In this document: positions 61,388 to 62,693 of the stretch, piece after piece
How positions within the stretch are numbered: the stretch's first letter is position 1
Layout: each line of letters starts with the position of its first letter
NCBI GenBank assembly: GCA_002919195.1
Contig: PKEU01000188.1
Location: 1-62,693, forward strand
Direction: 5' to 3'
Origin: a bacterium
GTDB lineage: Bacteria; Bacillota; Limnochordia; DTU080; RSA5
DNA: 62,693 bases
Translations under genes and position numbers: made by a program
The notes under the pieces: model-generated
What the model was told of the DNA's origin: nothing
The model's input: the letters and a program-made list of their open reading frames with translations, nothing else
Databases searched by the model: none

Positions 61388-62693
61388 TCACAGGTGCTGC
61401 TCCGCCATGATCTCCATCTCGTCCAAGAGCCTCTCAAAGAGACGGAGGGCTTGGCGGACAGGCTCGGGCGACGACATGTCCACACCGGCTTTCGCCAGCA
61501 CGTTGAGGGGGTAATCCGAGCTGCCTGCGCTCAAGAAATCGAGGTACCGCTCCACCGCTCCAGGCTTGCCCGACAAGATCCCCTCGGCCAAAGCATTCGC
61601 CGCCGAAAAGCCGGTGGCGTACTTGTATACGTAAAACGCCGAGTAAAAGTGGGGAATCCGGGCCCATTCGATGTCGATCTCTGGATCGACCGTCACTTCC
61701 GCGCCGTAATAGTCGAGGTTGAGGCGGCGGTAGTTTTCGCACAGCCAGTCGGCCGTCAGCGCCCCGCCGCGCTCCACTTCCTCGTGGGTCATCTTTTCAA
61801 ACTCGGCAAACATCGTCTGCCGGAACATCGTCGTCCGAAACTGCTCCAAGTAGTAGTTGAGAATGTAAAGCCGCCGGCGCGGGTCGCTCTCCGAATCAAG
61901 GAGGTAGTTGACAAGCAGCGCCTCGTTGACCGTTGAAGCCACCTCGGCGACAAAGATCGAGTAGTGCGAGTAGATGTAGGGCTGCTTGGCCAGCGTGAAG
62001 TGGCTGTGCATCGCATGGCCCAGCTCGTGGGCGATGGTAAAGACGTCGAAGATGTCGTCTTGATAATTGAGCAGTACGTAGGGATGAACACTATAGACCG
62101 TGCGCACATAAGCGCCTGACATTTTCCCCTGCGTTTCGTAAACGTCGATCCATCCCCCGTGGAAACAGGCGTCGAGGGCCGCTTGGTACTCCTTGCCCAA
62201 AGGCGCAAGGCCCTCTTTCACGATCCGTTTCCCCTCTTCGAAAGGCACCCGGTACTCCACGTCCGGCACCAGCGGCACGTAGAGGTCGTACATGCGAAGC
62301 TCATCCAGCCCCAGCACCCGCTTGCGTAGCCGCAGGTACCGGTGCAGCGCCGGCAACGCCTCCCGGACCGATGCGATCAGCTGCTCGTACACGCTTACCG
62401 GCACGTTGTCCGGATGCAGTTCCGACTCCAGCGCCGAACCGTAGTTGCGTATGCGCGCGTTAAAAATATCCTTTTGCACGCTGGCGTTGTAGGTCGCCGC
62501 CAGCGTATTTTTGTGGGCCAGGTACTGGGCGGCGAGCTTTTGAAACGCCTCCCGCCGGACACGCCGATCGCGGCTGCGGATGAAGCGGGTGTAGCGCCCA
62601 TGGGTGAGCTCCACTTCCTCGCCGCTTTCGTCCCGGATCGTTCCAAACTTCATATCCGCTTCGTTGAGCATGTCAAAGATGATCTCGGGCGCC
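61388..62693 (-). CDS. pepF: Oligoendopeptidase F (M3B metallopeptidase); the 5' end runs off the window
   Basis: HELGHAMHS zinc motif, ...FVAEVASTVNE..., and an M3B C-terminal domain. The reading frame stays open to the window edge. Confidence 0.85.
   Translation of the reverse strand, partial: APEIIFDMLNEADMKFGTIRDESGEEVELTHGRYTRFIRSRDRRVRREAFQKLAAQYLAHKNTLAATYNASVQKDIFNARIRNYGSALESELHPDNVPVSVYEQLIASVREALPALHRYLRLRKRVLGLDELRMYDLYVPLVPDVEYRVPFEEGKRIVKEGLAPLGKEYQAALDACFHGGWIDVYETQGKMSGAYVRTVYSVHPYVLLNYQDDIFDVFTIAHELGHAMHSHFTLAKQPYIYSHYSIFVAEVASTVNEALLVNYLLDSESDPRRRLYILNYYLEQFRTTMFRQTMFAEFEKMTHEEVERGGALTADWLCENYRRLNLDYYGAEVTVDPEIDIEWARIPHFYSAFYVYKYATGFSAANALAEGILSGKPGAVERYLDFLSAGSSDYPLNVLAKAGVDMSSPEPVRQALRLFERLLDEMEIMAEQHL

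Noticed and set aside
60151-61410. 419-aa plus-strand ORF
   Set aside because: It is antisense to the 874-aa gene. The minus frame has the stronger SD, better coding-type GC3, and globular-looking sequence.
61342-61485. First 48 aa of ORF 58717..61485
   Set aside because: This stretch would overlap the pepF 3' end by ~100 nt and is Arg/Ser/Trp-rich. A TTG with a GGAGGT SD at 61341 is a better start.
1-62693. Mobile elements, prophage, tRNA or rRNA genes
   Set aside because: No transposase, integrase or phage-like ORFs were recognised in the six-frame track, no long inverted terminal repeats were noticed, and no cloverleaf-like or rRNA-like conserved sequence was recognised in the intergenic regions. 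tRNAscan/Infernal would be needed to exclude small RNAs formally.

Overview
GC-rich (roughly two-thirds G+C by eye) bacterial chromosomal window with about 50 protein genes. Most lie on the minus strand, tightly packed, with many 4-nt ATGA/GTGA stop-start overlaps. I saw no rRNA, tRNA, CRISPR array, transposase or integrase. Gene content, left to right: (1) a pectin/hexuronate locus (kdgK, two Gfo/Idh/MocA oxidoreductases, PL10 pectate lyase, sugar-binding protein, AraC regulator) with csrA embedded; (2) an LbH-Nudix-ComFA-like helicase operon, xylB and lnt; (3) a small OM beta-barrel gene, then panD-panC-panB with a DUF2520 Rossmann gene; (4) a sugar-phosphate isomerase, recD2, a gerE-like HTH gene, degU and degS; (5) Crp/Fnr, a FecR-domain protein, a CHASE2 adenylate cyclase, VanZ and mtnP; (6) a three-gene secreted/outer-membrane operon of unknown function; (7) metK, a TlpA-like thiol-disulfide oxidoreductase, nudF-like, a FadL-like OMP, an aspartate aminotransferase, an FmdB zinc ribbon, rhomboid plus an orphan ABC ATPase, an acidic disordered protein, an HD phosphohydrolase, and an SDR/nucleoside-recognition membrane protein/suhB operon; (8) a MacAB-type efflux operon preceded by a second FadL-like OMP; (9) a RodZ-like HTH, DUF92, nfo, a small acidic protein, an 874-aa uncharacterised protein and pepF (partial). 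Firmicute hallmark genes (degS/degU, gerE-like, comFA-like, Bacillus-type csrA) co-occur with four proteins carrying OM beta-barrel C-terminal signals, Lnt and a periplasmic efflux adaptor. I infer a diderm Firmicute, possibly Limnochordia-like, but this is not proven. The best candidate for an undescribed system is the translationally coupled operon at 31661-36854 (minus strand). It encodes a secreted Ig-like subunit, a two-domain periplasmic chaperone-like protein, and a 1238-aa protein whose N-terminus is paralogous to the subunit and whose C-terminal ~650 aa look like a large OM beta-barrel. That is chaperone-usher-like logic without family signatures I can recognise. All functional calls rest on my reading of the translated ORFs; no database search was run.
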